Source: Bacteroidota bacterium
GTDB taxonomy: Bacteria; Bacteroidota; Ignavibacteria; Kryptoniales; JAKASW01
Direction: 5' to 3'
DNA length: 64,000 nucleotides
Assembly: GCA_021812985.1 (NCBI GenBank)
Contig: JAKAMG010000012.1
Location: 15,521 to 79,520, forward strand
Part shown: piece by piece, positions 17,878 through 27,599 of the stretch
How positions within the stretch are numbered: the first letter of the stretch is position 1
Layout of the letters: the number at the start of each line of letters is the position of its first letter
The notes under the pieces: model-generated
The model's input: the letters and a program-made list of their open reading frames with translations, nothing else
Database searches by the model: none
Told to the model about the DNA's origin: nothing
Made by a program: the position numbers and the translations under genes

Positions 17878-20800
17878 CTAAGGCCTCCTCGCGCTCCGCT
17901 TCATAAGGCATTCCTTCCTCCCCTGCCCGACAAAATACTCGCATTCGCCGCAGTGAGGCGAGCTCGTCGGAAGAGATTCCGACGGTGGCATTAATCCGTT
18001 TCCCGAATCCAGCCCCTTTATGCTTTCGAGCATCGACCCCACTTCGTTCTCGAACCTCATAAGATCTTCTCTTGAATAAACCATTCGCACGTATCTCCCA
18101 GGCTCGCGCGTCAAAATTATCGTCACATCGAAGCGCGTCTGTTCGGCTTTGAGGTTGCCGCAGAGAAGCGCGTACAGTTTCATCTGCACCTCATAGCCCG
18201 AGTAGATTTCCTGATCAGACTTTGTGAGCTTGTTTGTCTTGTAATCGAAGATATGAAATCCGCTCTCGTCTTCGGTGAGAAGGTCGAGTGTTCCGGTGAG
18301 AAAATCGGACTTGAATCTCCGCGTAATCGTCTGCTCCGTGTACTTCTTCCCGTTGCCTGCGAGACCAGAGAGAGTGCCGAGCGCGTTACGTACGTTCATG
18401 GCAATCGTTTCAATCAGCTCCCTCAAAATGTCGCCGCCAATTTCGCCGCCGGCCATCGCCCCGACCGTCTTTCTCACGACACTCATCACCGACTCTTCAT
18501 CAGACGCGTTTGCGTTGATAAGGTGCTCGAGCGCGGAGTGCACCATTTGCCCCTTCTGTGTTGAAAGGATGGTGTCATCGTAGTCTTCGTAAACAGGCGC
18601 CGCGTTCTTCGCCGGCAATTGCGGTTTCCCTCCGCGTTCTTCTTCGATTTGATCGGGCATCCCGAGCCGGTATCTTAGGAAATACTTGGTCGGGCACAGC
18701 ATGAAAGTCTGAAGTAGGGTCGCGGAATAAATTTCGCCATCGATGTCGGCCGGTATCTCATCGAGGAAGATCTCTCCCAGCTCCGCATGCTTCTCCGCCT
18801 TCCTCCTCACGTCAGGCTCTGCCTTAGGAATGGCGGAGTGAACCTTCACTTTTCCTGACGGGAGGTCAAAGTATCCGCCTTCGGGAGGGGAGGACAGGGG
18901 GAGGGATTGCAGAAGTACATCGGTAAAGGAGTTTATGCCGCTCGCAGACTTCTTCACTTTTGTCGTGAGAATTAACCGATCCATTGCACGGGTCGATGCA
19001 ACGTAAAATAGCCTGGAGACTTCGGCCTGAGCGTTCAGTTTCTCGAGCTGACTGTACAGCCTAAGCGCAGGGGGAACGTCGGTTCCGACAAACGGAACTA
19101 TGCCGACCTCATTGCTTATAAGCGTGCCAGTATCCCTTTTCGAGGGGGCGTCGCAGAGCGGAATGCAAACTACGGGAAACTCGAGCCCTTTGGCAGCGTG
19201 GACGGTCATCACCTTAACAGCGTCTGCCGACTCCTCAATCGGGGCCTGACCTTCCCGCGCCTCCTCCTTGAGATATTTGATTCTCTCGACGAAGTCAAAG
19301 AGACTCGTGAATCCTCTTCCTTCGAACTCTCTCGCAATTCCCAGCAGTTTTCTCATGTTCGCGAGTCGCTGCGGCGCGGTCGGCGACATGCCGTACGCGC
19401 CAAGCCATCCCGTCCTTTCGAGTATGCGGTTTATGAGGTGAGGGATAGTTTCGCGCTGCGCGAGTTGTGTCTCTTCATCAAGCACCGCAGCGGCATATTT
19501 TACATCGTCTGCCGCGTCGCCTGAGTTCGCAAAGGAGCGGAACCGTTCGTAAAACGTCTCCCCCGCGGCAAGAGAGACTTGGAACAGCTCGTTGTCTGAG
19601 AGGCCAAACAGGGGGGAGCGCAGGACCGCGAGCAGCGCGAGATCTGATGTGTTGTCGAGAAGAAAAGCCAGATAGTTCGTAAGATCGAAGACTTCCTGTG
19701 CAGAATAGAAGCCGGTCCCGGCGGAGACGACGTACGGGATACCATACGCGGTAAGCGCTTTCTCTATGACTTGAATGTTGGTCCGCGTCCGAAGTAGGAT
19801 CGCAACGTCTCCGTAACCGATGGTCCGCTCCTCCTCGCCGCTCCTTGCGGATTTAATTTTCTCGGCGGAAGCGACCATCTCCCTTATTCGTGCGGCGGTG
19901 AACAACGCTTGCTCCTCGGTCGAGCTTTCCTCAATCTCCTCATCGGCGGCGCCTTCCACAGATTCTCCTGGGGTCCTTTTCTCCTTCAAATAAATCTCCA
20001 CCGCCTCGGGCACCCCGTTCGGCCTTCGTGCCTCGAGGGGATTATATACCGTCTGGTTCATCGAGGGAAGTCCCGCTATGCCGGCGATCCGGTTCCCCTT
20101 CAAAACATTCCCGAACACGTCGTTGACGAAACCTGCGATGTCACGATTCATCCTGAAGCTTTCAGACAGGGCGAGTGACCTGCCGTTTTCAAACGCGGAC
20201 AGCTGGTCTGACGCGACCTGCGAGACTTCGACCTGGGCGTTCCGGAACCTGTATATGGACTGCTTCGAATCACCCACGAGAAAAAGTCTGGCCTCCGACG
20301 AGAAGTTGTCGAGAAGATTAAGGAGGATTTCGTACTGCAGGAAGTTCGTATCCTGAAACTCGTCGACCATTATGTGTCTGAACCGTGCTGCTAGAGTCCG
20401 CGCGACGCTCTCCTTCGTTTGCAGGAGGTGAAGGGTACTGATCTGAAGATCGTCGAAATCAAGCGCCCCCATCAGAAACTTCCTGCGCGCGTACTTCTCT
20501 TCGCTTTTCAAATAGAGCTCAGCCACTGCCTGCAGAAGACGGAAGTAAGACGAGTCATCCGGGAAGTTCTCCGGCAAGTCCTTCAGAGAGTCGAACGCCA
20601 TCTTCAATACTGCCTCGGCCTCTTCTTCAGTATACTTCGCCGAACTTCCGAATTCGATTCCTTTCTTCCTGATTTCCCCCTTTGCTGTCAGCACTTCGTT
20701 GAGGAGAGCCTTCAGGCCTGCCAAGGCGGGAGACAGTTGTGCCCGCGCATCGGCGGTCAACTCGCATAAATCCTCCGCGTCGGTCGTGAAATCCCCTTTC

Positions 20801-21486
20801 TTTTTCTTGACATTGCTGGTTATGACGTCTGCCACCCCCCTTACGAGATTAAACCAGTGGACCGTTACCAGCTCCTCGTCGGGGACCATGCTCTTGCCCG
20901 CTATTCGCAGGTACTCAATTTTTTCGCGATTGTCCAGAAGGCCTGTCATGAGTTTGAGAACCTTCCTGTAACCTCCGCGCAGGAGAAGATCGCGGACGCT
21001 CTTTCCCTGAGCTCCATCCCCACCTTCGCGCCTCTGAATCGAGAGCGATTCCCGAATGGCATCGACGCACGCGTCCTCTTTGAGCGACGAGGCGTCGAAT
21101 TCTTCGAGCACTTTGAAGTTGGCATCGATGCCGGCCTCCACCGGAAACTCGCGGAGGATCTGGGAGCAGAAAGAATGGATTGTATTAATATTTGCCTCAA
21201 GCATGCCCGCGCGCGCCTTTGAAAGCGCCTCCCCCGCTTCACCGCCGGTCGCTCTCGCAACTCTGTACTCAGAGCTTATCCGCTCGGATATCTTCTGGCG
21301 CAGTTCCAACGCGGCCTTGTCGGTGAAAGTAAGACAGAGGATCTGTTCGACGGGAACGCCCTCTCGGACAGCGCTCACGTACCGTTCGACGAGGACGCGG
21401 GTCTTACCGGACCCGGCATTGGCCGTCAGCGAGATGTGCTTGTCAAGCTCGAGGGCTTTTTCCTGCTGCTCTGTGAGGCCGTTCAT
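17878..21486 (-). CDS. addA: AddA/UvrD-like helicase-nuclease subunit
   Basis: Walker A LTANAGSGKTRVLVERY, then HIMVDEFQDTNFLQYEIL, VMTVHAAKGLEFPVV and FYVASTRAMDRLIL. The C-terminal RecB nuclease has GTLDLLTEDESGFHIFDYKTNK and QMKLYALL. Cysteines are LCPTKYF plus CGECEYFVGQGRKEC (17908-17952). The start is set at Met10 (21486), which forms an ATGA overlap with the upstream exonuclease stop. The ORF maximum is 21513. Confidence 0.8.
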   Translation of the reverse strand: MNGLTEQQEKALELDKHISLTANAGSGKTRVLVERYVSAVREGVPVEQILCLTFTDKAALELRQKISERISSEYRVARATGGEAGEALSKARAGMLEANINTIHSFCSQILREFPVEAGIDANFKVLEEFDASSLKEDACVDAIRESLSIQRREGGDGAQGKSVRDLLLRGGYRKVLKLMTGLLDNREKIEYLRIAGKSMVPDEELVTVHWFNLVRGVADVITSNVKKKKGDFTTDAEDLCELTADARAQLSPALAGLKALLNEVLTAKGEIRKKGIEFGSSAKYTEEEAEAVLKMAFDSLKDLPENFPDDSSYFRLLQAVAELYLKSEEKYARRKFLMGALDFDDLQISTLHLLQTKESVARTLAARFRHIMVDEFQDTNFLQYEILLNLLDNFSSEARLFLVGDSKQSIYRFRNAQVEVSQVASDQLSAFENGRSLALSESFRMNRDIAGFVNDVFGNVLKGNRIAGIAGLPSMNQTVYNPLEARRPNGVPEAVEIYLKEKRTPGESVEGAADEEIEESSTEEQALFTAARIREMVASAEKIKSARSGEEERTIGYGDVAILLRTRTNIQVIEKALTAYGIPYVVSAGTGFYSAQEVFDLTNYLAFLLDNTSDLALLAVLRSPLFGLSDNELFQVSLAAGETFYERFRSFANSGDAADDVKYAAAVLDEETQLAQRETIPHLINRILERTGWLGAYGMSPTAPQRLANMRKLLGIAREFEGRGFTSLFDFVERIKYLKEEAREGQAPIEESADAVKVMTVHAAKGLEFPVVCIPLCDAPSKRDTGTLISNEVGIVPFVGTDVPPALRLYSQLEKLNAQAEVSRLFYVASTRAMDRLILTTKVKKSASGINSFTDVLLQSLPLSSPPEGGYFDLPSGKVKVHSAIPKAEPDVRRKAEKHAELGEIFLDEIPADIDGEIYSATLLQTFMLCPTKYFLRYRLGMPDQIEEERGGKPQLPAKNAAPVYEDYDDTILSTQKGQMVHSALEHLINANASDEESVMSVVRKTVGAMAGGEIGGDILRELIETIAMNVRNALGTLSGLAGNGKKYTEQTITRRFKSDFLTGTLDLLTEDESGFHIFDYKTNKLTKSDQEIYSGYEVQMKLYALLCGNLKAEQTRFDVTIILTREPGRYVRMVYSREDLMRFENEVGSMLESIKGLDSGNGLMPPSESLPTSSPHCGECEYFVGQGRKECLMKRSARRP

Positions 21487-22214
21487 CTGATGCCGTGCAG
21501 AAGTTCCTTCCACTTCCTGTAAAGCTGAGCCGTCGCTATGACGTCCCCCATGCAGTACTCTGCAATCTCCCCGTAACGCCCCGCGCGGTAGTAGTCGTTG
21601 ATATCGTACCCCGTTATTCCGTGCGACTTGGGACTAGGTATCCCGAACGACTTGCAGTAGAAGTCGAGATTGAATTTCCGGGTGACGCCATGGTACGTCA
21701 GCTCCTCGAGAAGGTCGACGTGAGATTTCATCGAGTACCTTGTGCCAGCCATGAGGTCGCGGGTCGGCTTTATACCGAGAATGGCTGAGCGCAGCATGAT
21801 GAACGGGCAGTCGAAGCTCCTCCCGTTGAACGTCACAAATTCATCGAACTTCACTACGTATTCCCAGAATTTTCCCAGCACCTTTCCTTCGTCCCCGCTG
21901 ATGTACAGGAAGGTGTTGTCACCCTCTTTCTTCTCCACTTCAGTTTCGGAATCGGCGCAATAGAGGGAGATGCCGTTGCCGGACTCGACGTTGAGCAGTG
22001 CTATGGCTACGACTTGCGCCGTGAGGGGCCAAAGGTTGAACTGCTTGACGACGTCATTCCTCTTCTGCTCCCTCTTAGCTTCGTCCTCCTCCTTTTCGGC
22101 TTCCTTCATCAGATAGTCGATCTGCGCCTTGTCGAACGTCTCGGGGGTGAAACCCGACGTTTCGATATCAAAGACTACCGCTGCCATTGGCTCCTCCTGA
22201 CAATTAATGAACAT
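21483..22214 (-). CDS. DnaQ/PolB-exonuclease-like 3'-5' exonuclease (DNA_pol_B_exo2 type)
   Basis: AAVVFDIETSGF (ExoI), VTFNGRSFDCPFIMLR (ExoII), HVDLLEEL and IAEYCMGDVIATAQLY (ExoIII). An alternative start lies at 22187. Confidence 0.7.
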   Translation of the reverse strand: MFINCQEEPMAAVVFDIETSGFTPETFDKAQIDYLMKEAEKEEDEAKREQKRNDVVKQFNLWPLTAQVVAIALLNVESGNGISLYCADSETEVEKKEGDNTFLYISGDEGKVLGKFWEYVVKFDEFVTFNGRSFDCPFIMLRSAILGIKPTRDLMAGTRYSMKSHVDLLEELTYHGVTRKFNLDFYCKSFGIPSPKSHGITGYDINDYYRAGRYGEIAEYCMGDVIATAQLYRKWKELLHGIR

Positions 22215-22237
22215 GGGACAGGCGTCCCGGCGTGATT

Positions 22238-22738
22238 CTATTCTTCGGCGTTTATTTCGAGCTGTACTATTTCATAGCCTTTTCTCGATTCAAGGACCCC
22301 AAACACCACACCAGCAAAGACCATCACCATACCTGCCAGGAACACGGCGGTGGAAAGATAATGAAATTCGACGAAGCCCTGAAAAACGGCTCCTCCTATG
22401 AGGAGGGAGGTGATGACGAAGAAAGCCGCCGCAGTCGTGTAACTGAGTACAGAGTTCCTGACGAGTCGAGCCCTGATGCCGAGAGCCCTGAGCTGTCGCG
22501 CGGTGCTTTCCAATCGAAGGTTCTCCTCAGGCGTGAATTCCCTGTCCGCCGCTTTCATCACGAGCCTCCGCTTCTCGTCATTTATGAGGCGGATCCTGTT
22601 AAGGACGCTCGAATATTTATTATTTGCCCCGAGTAAAAGCAGGCCGCAGGCGCTTATCATCACGGCGGGCGAGAGCATGAGCTGTATGAGCTTTGACGCG
22701 TCCATTGGCTGTTCAGACAAAAACATTTCTGTTACCAA
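22238..22738 (-). CDS. DUF2721-like membrane protein
   Basis: LMLSPAVMISACGLLLLGANNKYSSVLNRIRLINDEKRRL followed by two more TM segments. The pattern is recalled from the DUF2721 family. Confidence 0.5.
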   Translation of the reverse strand: MVTEMFLSEQPMDASKLIQLMLSPAVMISACGLLLLGANNKYSSVLNRIRLINDEKRRLVMKAADREFTPEENLRLESTARQLRALGIRARLVRNSVLSYTTAAAFFVITSLLIGGAVFQGFVEFHYLSTAVFLAGMVMVFAGVVFGVLESRKGYEIVQLEINAEE

Positions 22739-22847
22739 TTCTCTTGTTTGATTTCCCTATCTGTATTGAACGTGAGCAGACCCTCTGCTCGAGATAATTT
22801 GCGGGTTGCTGGGGATAAAACAAAGCCGGCAGCGGCGGCACGGGAGA

Positions 22848-22874
22848 CCCCGCGGGCGATGTCCACCCGCGGGG
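22848..22874 (-). terminator. GC-rich hairpin downstream of the S9 peptidase gene
   Basis: A 9-bp stem CCCCGCGGG (22848-22856) / CCCGCGGGG (22866-22874), 13 nt after the stop. On the minus strand a T-rich run (TTTGTTTTAT) follows only after about 25 nt. Confidence 0.45.
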
Positions 22875-22887
22875 CGCCGGACAAATG

Positions 22888-24927
22888 TCAGTTGCCGATA
22901 TACTTCCCTATCCATCCGAGGACGGTGTTCCACCAAAGCCGCGAGTCCTGAGGCTTGACGACGAAGTGATACTCGTTCGGGAAATAGAGCATCTCAGACG
23001 GAACGTGCATCATCTGGAGCGCTGTAAAGAGCTGGAATCCCTGACTGACATCCAGGCGGAAATCGTTTTGACTGTGTATGACGAGCATCGGGGTCTTGAA
23101 ATCCTTGACGTATGAGCTCGGCGACCATTTGTGGTACAACTTCGGATTCGTCCAGGGGGTACCCTTGAATTCCCAGATTGGGAACCAGAGTTCCTCTGTC
23201 GATCCGAAAGCGCTGACCGCGTCGTAAAGTCCATCATGGCTGACTAGGCACTTGAAGATTCCCTTGTTGTTATGCCCTTCCATCCAGTTCATCATGAAGC
23301 CGCCGTATGACGCTCCCGCCGCAGCGATCCTGTTCTTGTCAATGAAAGAGTAGTGCTTTACCGCATAGTCGACTCCGTTCATGAGGTCGACGAACACCTT
23401 TCCTCCCCAGTCTCCGCTGATCTCGTCCGTGAACTTCTGTCCGTATCCTGTCGAGCCGCGCGGATTCACCATGACCGCGACATACCCGGGGGCGGCGAAC
23501 AGCTCGGCGTTCCATCTGTAGTGGAACTCGTCCATCCACTGCCCCTGCGGTCCGCCGTGAACGAGATAAACCATGGGATACTTCTTGTTAGGGTCGAAAT
23601 TCGGCGGCTTCACAAGAAATCCCTCGACCTTCGTGCCACCCGCCCCCTTGAACCAGAAGGGCTCCCACGGCTTCATCTCAAGCTGCGCCAGGAGAGCGTG
23701 GTTCATGTGGGTGAGCTGCGTCGCCTTGCCAGTCGCAATGTCCATCTTGTACACATCGTTCGGGTGCGTGACTGACTGTCGTATGAAGACGAGGTACTTC
23801 CCGTCCGGCGTGACAGCCAGGTCTTCGTTAGTGGAGTTGGTCGTCAGCCTTTTCACTTTCCCCGTCGCCGCCTCAACTTCGAAAATGTTGTGGTACCCTT
23901 CGTCATCTGCGTTGAAGTAAAGAGTCCTGCTGTCAGGCGACCAGACGACCTCGTCAACTGAGCGGTCATACTTCTCTGTGAGGTTTATAATTTTCCCATC
24001 CCTCGTGTCGTAGAGCATTAGCCTCGACCTGTCCGACTCGAAGCCTGGTATCATCTGAGCTCTGTAGGCGATGTAGCGTCCGTCGGGCGAGTACAGAGGC
24101 TGGTTATCGTTCGCAGGATTCGAAGTAATCTTCTTGGACAAGCCGCCGTCCGTGCTCACAGTGAAGAGATCGTTGTTGGTGCTGACCGCGACCATCTTAG
24201 ATGTGTTCTTGACATAGCAGACTTGCTTCCCATCTGGTGAAAACGAATAGTCCATCTTTCCGCCGAGATCTATCGGAGGCGTGTCGTAGTCGCCAGGCGT
24301 GAGGTCTACCGTCTTACCGTCGTCCACGTTTACGACAAACAGATGGCTCCTCTTCCCGTCCTTCCAGTAGTTCCAGACTCTATATGGGAGATGAGTGAAG
24401 AACTTCGCTTTGACCGGTGAGTTCTCAAGTTCGTTCTCGCGAGCGGCATTGCAGGAGTCCGACGCACAGTCGGGAAACACGTCCGACACGAAAGCAATAT
24501 CGCGCCCGTTCGGCGACCAGAGGAGCCCGCTCGCCCCGAGAGCGATGTCCGTAATCTTCTTCGCCTTCCCTCCTGAAACATCCTCGACATACACCTGCGG
24601 TGTTCCCTTCGAATCGTCGGCGACGAAGGCAAGCCTCTTTCCGTCCGGTGACCAAACCGGCTCACTGCTCGATTTGAATCCTGTGTTGAATTCTCTCAGG
24701 TCGTTCCCGTCCGTTGAGACAAGGTATATCTTGCTCCAGCCTTTGTTCTCATCCATGCTGTAAGAGTTGACCTGAAAGGCGATCGTCTTAGCGTCTGGCG
24801 ATACTTGTGGGTCCGAAACTCTTTCGACCTTCCACATGTCCTCGACGGTCAGAGGACGTTTCTGCGCAAAAGTAATTCCGGTAAAGATTAGAAAAGAAAG
24901 TAAAAAGGGAACAATTCTCCTGGGCAT
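22888..24927 (-). CDS. S9-family serine peptidase (prolyl oligopeptidase/acylaminoacyl peptidase type) with an N-terminal beta-propeller
   Basis: Signal peptide MPRRIVPFLLSFLIFTGITFAQ. Propeller repeats WSPDGKRLAF and YSPDGRYIAY. Catalytic GASYGGFMMNW (GxSxGG). PMLVIHSQNDFRL (Asp region). Confidence 0.9.
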   Translation of the reverse strand: MPRRIVPFLLSFLIFTGITFAQKRPLTVEDMWKVERVSDPQVSPDAKTIAFQVNSYSMDENKGWSKIYLVSTDGNDLREFNTGFKSSSEPVWSPDGKRLAFVADDSKGTPQVYVEDVSGGKAKKITDIALGASGLLWSPNGRDIAFVSDVFPDCASDSCNAARENELENSPVKAKFFTHLPYRVWNYWKDGKRSHLFVVNVDDGKTVDLTPGDYDTPPIDLGGKMDYSFSPDGKQVCYVKNTSKMVAVSTNNDLFTVSTDGGLSKKITSNPANDNQPLYSPDGRYIAYRAQMIPGFESDRSRLMLYDTRDGKIINLTEKYDRSVDEVVWSPDSRTLYFNADDEGYHNIFEVEAATGKVKRLTTNSTNEDLAVTPDGKYLVFIRQSVTHPNDVYKMDIATGKATQLTHMNHALLAQLEMKPWEPFWFKGAGGTKVEGFLVKPPNFDPNKKYPMVYLVHGGPQGQWMDEFHYRWNAELFAAPGYVAVMVNPRGSTGYGQKFTDEISGDWGGKVFVDLMNGVDYAVKHYSFIDKNRIAAAGASYGGFMMNWMEGHNNKGIFKCLVSHDGLYDAVSAFGSTEELWFPIWEFKGTPWTNPKLYHKWSPSSYVKDFKTPMLVIHSQNDFRLDVSQGFQLFTALQMMHVPSEMLYFPNEYHFVVKPQDSRLWWNTVLGWIGKYIGN

Positions 24928-25108
24928 GATGGATCTCCTTCGAAATTTGATTCATGAAAGATAAAGACGAGGCCGCTAAAGTTCTTCAGCCATATTCTTC
25001 TCTATATGAGACGGCATGGTTCAGCCGTAATTCGGCATCGTCAGAAGGGAGCCTGTTTTCTTCGATTTTGAGCGAACAGAGGCGTTTTTCGCAATAACCC
25101 GGCCAATC

Positions 25109-25137
25109 TTGACTATAAAATCCAGATTAGTTAAAAT
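25109..25137 (+). promoter_or_regulatory. candidate promoter of the suf operon
   Basis: TTGACT (25109-25114), a 17-nt spacer, then TAAAAT (25132-25137), about 60 nt upstream of sufB. AGAGGA is the RBS at 25185-25190. Confidence 0.4.
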
Positions 25138-25200
25138 ATATGCGTTGAATTTGAACACGCCGCCACCGTGCGACGCTGTTACTTAGAGGAGCAATGATTG

Positions 25201-26646
25201 ATGAGCAATTCAGATCTGACAGTTGAAAAACTAGCGAACGAACAGTACAAGTACGGATTTGTGACTGAGATCGATACGGACAAGATTCCGAAAGGTCTCA
25301 ACGAGGACGTCATCCGACTGATTTCGTCGAAGAAGAATGAACCGGCATGGATGACCGAGTGGAGATTGAAAGCATATCGTCACTGGCTCACGATGAAGGA
25401 ACCACATTGGTCTAACGTCAATTACCCCGCCATCGATTATCAGGACATCATTTACTATTCAGCTCCGAAGAAGAAGCCGACGTTGAACAGTCTGGACGAG
25501 GCCGATCCGGAGCTCGTGAAGGCGTTTGAGAAGCTTGGAATTCCTATAGAGGAGCAGAAGCGACTCGCCGGAGTGGCGGTCGACGCAGTGTTTGACAGCG
25601 TCTCAGTCGCGACAACTTTCAAGGAGAAGCTCAGCGAGCTCGGAATTATCTTCTGCTCCATGTCAGAAGCTCTCCAGAAGTACCCCGACCTGGTCAGGAA
25701 GTATCTCGGGTCAGTCGTACCGTATACCGACAACTTTTTTGCCTCGTTGAATTCTGCTGTCTTCAGCGACGGCTCGTTCGCATACATACCGAAGGGGGTG
25801 CGTTGCCCGATGGAGCTCTCCACTTACTTCCGCATAAACGCGTCGGAGACCGGTCAGTTCGAACGGACGCTGATAGTAGCAGAGGAGGGGGCTTACGTGA
25901 GTTACCTCGAAGGATGCACGGCGCCTATAAGGGACACCAACCAGCTTCATGCCGCGGTTGTGGAGCTCGTCGCGCTCGACAACTCAGAGATAAAATACTC
26001 CACTGTTCAGAACTGGTACCCCGGGGATAAGGACGGAAAAGGAGGCATCTATAATTTCGTGACGAAGCGCGGCGCTTGCAGGGGAGTCAACTCCAAGATT
26101 TCATGGACGCAGGTAGAGACCGGATCTGCCATAACCTGGAAATATCCGAGCTGCATACTTCAGGGCGACAATTCCGTCGGTGAGTTCTATTCTGTCGCGA
26201 TGACAAACAACCTCCAGCAGGCCGACACCGGCACGAAGATGATTCATATCGGAAGGAATACACGGAGCACCATCATTTCTAAGGGAATCTCGGCTGGAAG
26301 GAGCAACAACAGCTACCGCGGTCAGGTCAGGATCACGAAGAAGGCAGAGAACGCGAGGAATTACTCACAGTGCGACTCCCTCCTGATCGGCGACAAGTGC
26401 GGTGCCCATACCTTTCCTTACCTCGAGACGAACAACCCGACAGCTCAGGTCGAACATGAGGCCACGACTTCCAAGATCGGCGCGGACCAGATATTCTATC
26501 TCAACCAGAGGGGTATTTCCACTGAGGACGCAGTTCGCCTGATAGTCAACGGGTACTGCAAGGAAGTATTCAAACAGCTCCCCATGGAATTCGCCGTCGA
26601 GGCGACACGACTCCTCAGCTTGAGCCTTGAAGGAAGCGTGGGATAA
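25201..26646 (+). CDS. sufB: Fe-S cluster assembly scaffold SufB
   Basis: Full-length SufB-like sequence ([23 protein letters not shown]..., [21 protein letters not shown]). The ATG at 25201 is preferred over the TTG at 25198 because of RBS spacing. Confidence 0.95.
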   Translation: MSNSDLTVEKLANEQYKYGFVTEIDTDKIPKGLNEDVIRLISSKKNEPAWMTEWRLKAYRHWLTMKEPHWSNVNYPAIDYQDIIYYSAPKKKPTLNSLDEADPELVKAFEKLGIPIEEQKRLAGVAVDAVFDSVSVATTFKEKLSELGIIFCSMSEALQKYPDLVRKYLGSVVPYTDNFFASLNSAVFSDGSFAYIPKGVRCPMELSTYFRINASETGQFERTLIVAEEGAYVSYLEGCTAPIRDTNQLHAAVVELVALDNSEIKYSTVQNWYPGDKDGKGGIYNFVTKRGACRGVNSKISWTQVETGSAITWKYPSCILQGDNSVGEFYSVAMTNNLQQADTGTKMIHIGRNTRSTIISKGISAGRSNNSYRGQVRITKKAENARNYSQCDSLLIGDKCGAHTFPYLETNNPTAQVEHEATTSKIGADQIFYLNQRGISTEDAVRLIVNGYCKEVFKQLPMEFAVEATRLLSLSLEGSVG

Positions 26647-26759
26647 GAGGGGCATGCCAAAAGCATCAATTGTGAAATCCTGGCCGGGCTTGGAATCACG
26701 CGGTCACTTTCCGGCACGCATTGCTCTGTAATTTGAACTCTAAAACTTTGGGATAACAA

Positions 26760-27518
26760 ATGTTAGAAATCAAAAATCTTCACGCATCGGTCGAAGAAAA
26801 GGAAATCTTAAGAGGCATCAATCTGAAGGTTAACGCTGGTGAAGTGCATGCCATTATGGGCCCGAACGGCTCCGGTAAGAGTACTCTGGCGAACGTCCTT
26901 GCCGGCCGGCCGGAATACTCCGTCACTGGGGGCGAGATCATGTACGAGGGAAAGGACCTCCTGCAAATGGCTCCGGAGATAAGAGCCAGAGAGGGAGTCT
27001 TCCTCGCATTTCAGTACCCGGTCGAACTCCCCGGGGTGAACAACACGACATTTCTCAGAACCGCCCTCAACGAGGCCAGAAAGCACAGGAACGAGCCGGA
27101 GGTCAGCGCAGGAGCATTCCTCGCCATGCTGAAAAAGAAGATGCAGCTCGTCGAGATGCCAGACACGCTCCTCAGCCGCGCGGTGAACGAAGGCTTCTCG
27201 GGCGGAGAGAAGAAGCGAAACGAGATCCTCCAGATGGCGGTGCTCGAACCGAAGCTCGCCATACTCGATGAGACCGATTCCGGGCTCGACATCGACGCCC
27301 TGCGAATAGTCGCGAGCGGAGTGAACAAGCTCCGTTCAACGGACAACGCAATCATCGTGGTGACCCACTACCAGCGCCTCCTCAACTACATCGTGCCGGA
27401 CTTCGTGCACGTTCTCTATAAAGGAAAGATCGTTAAGTCCGGAACGAAGGAGCTTGCCCTTGAACTCGAAGAGAAGGGTTACGACTGGGTCAAGGACGAG
27501 ACACTTACAGCTGCGTAA
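26760..27518 (+). CDS. sufC: Fe-S cluster assembly ATPase SufC
   Basis: Walker [23 protein letters not shown] signature [14 protein letters not shown], Walker [16 protein letters not shown]. Confidence 0.95.
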   Translation: MLEIKNLHASVEEKEILRGINLKVNAGEVHAIMGPNGSGKSTLANVLAGRPEYSVTGGEIMYEGKDLLQMAPEIRAREGVFLAFQYPVELPGVNNTTFLRTALNEARKHRNEPEVSAGAFLAMLKKKMQLVEMPDTLLSRAVNEGFSGGEKKRNEILQMAVLEPKLAILDETDSGLDIDALRIVASGVNKLRSTDNAIIVVTHYQRLLNYIVPDFVHVLYKGKIVKSGTKELALELEEKGYDWVKDETLTAA

Positions 27519-27599
27519 AAGACATGACGCATTACTCAATTATGGTCTGCCGCACTTATCTGAACCGAATGCCGGCCATCGGCAAGTGAAAGCAATTGC

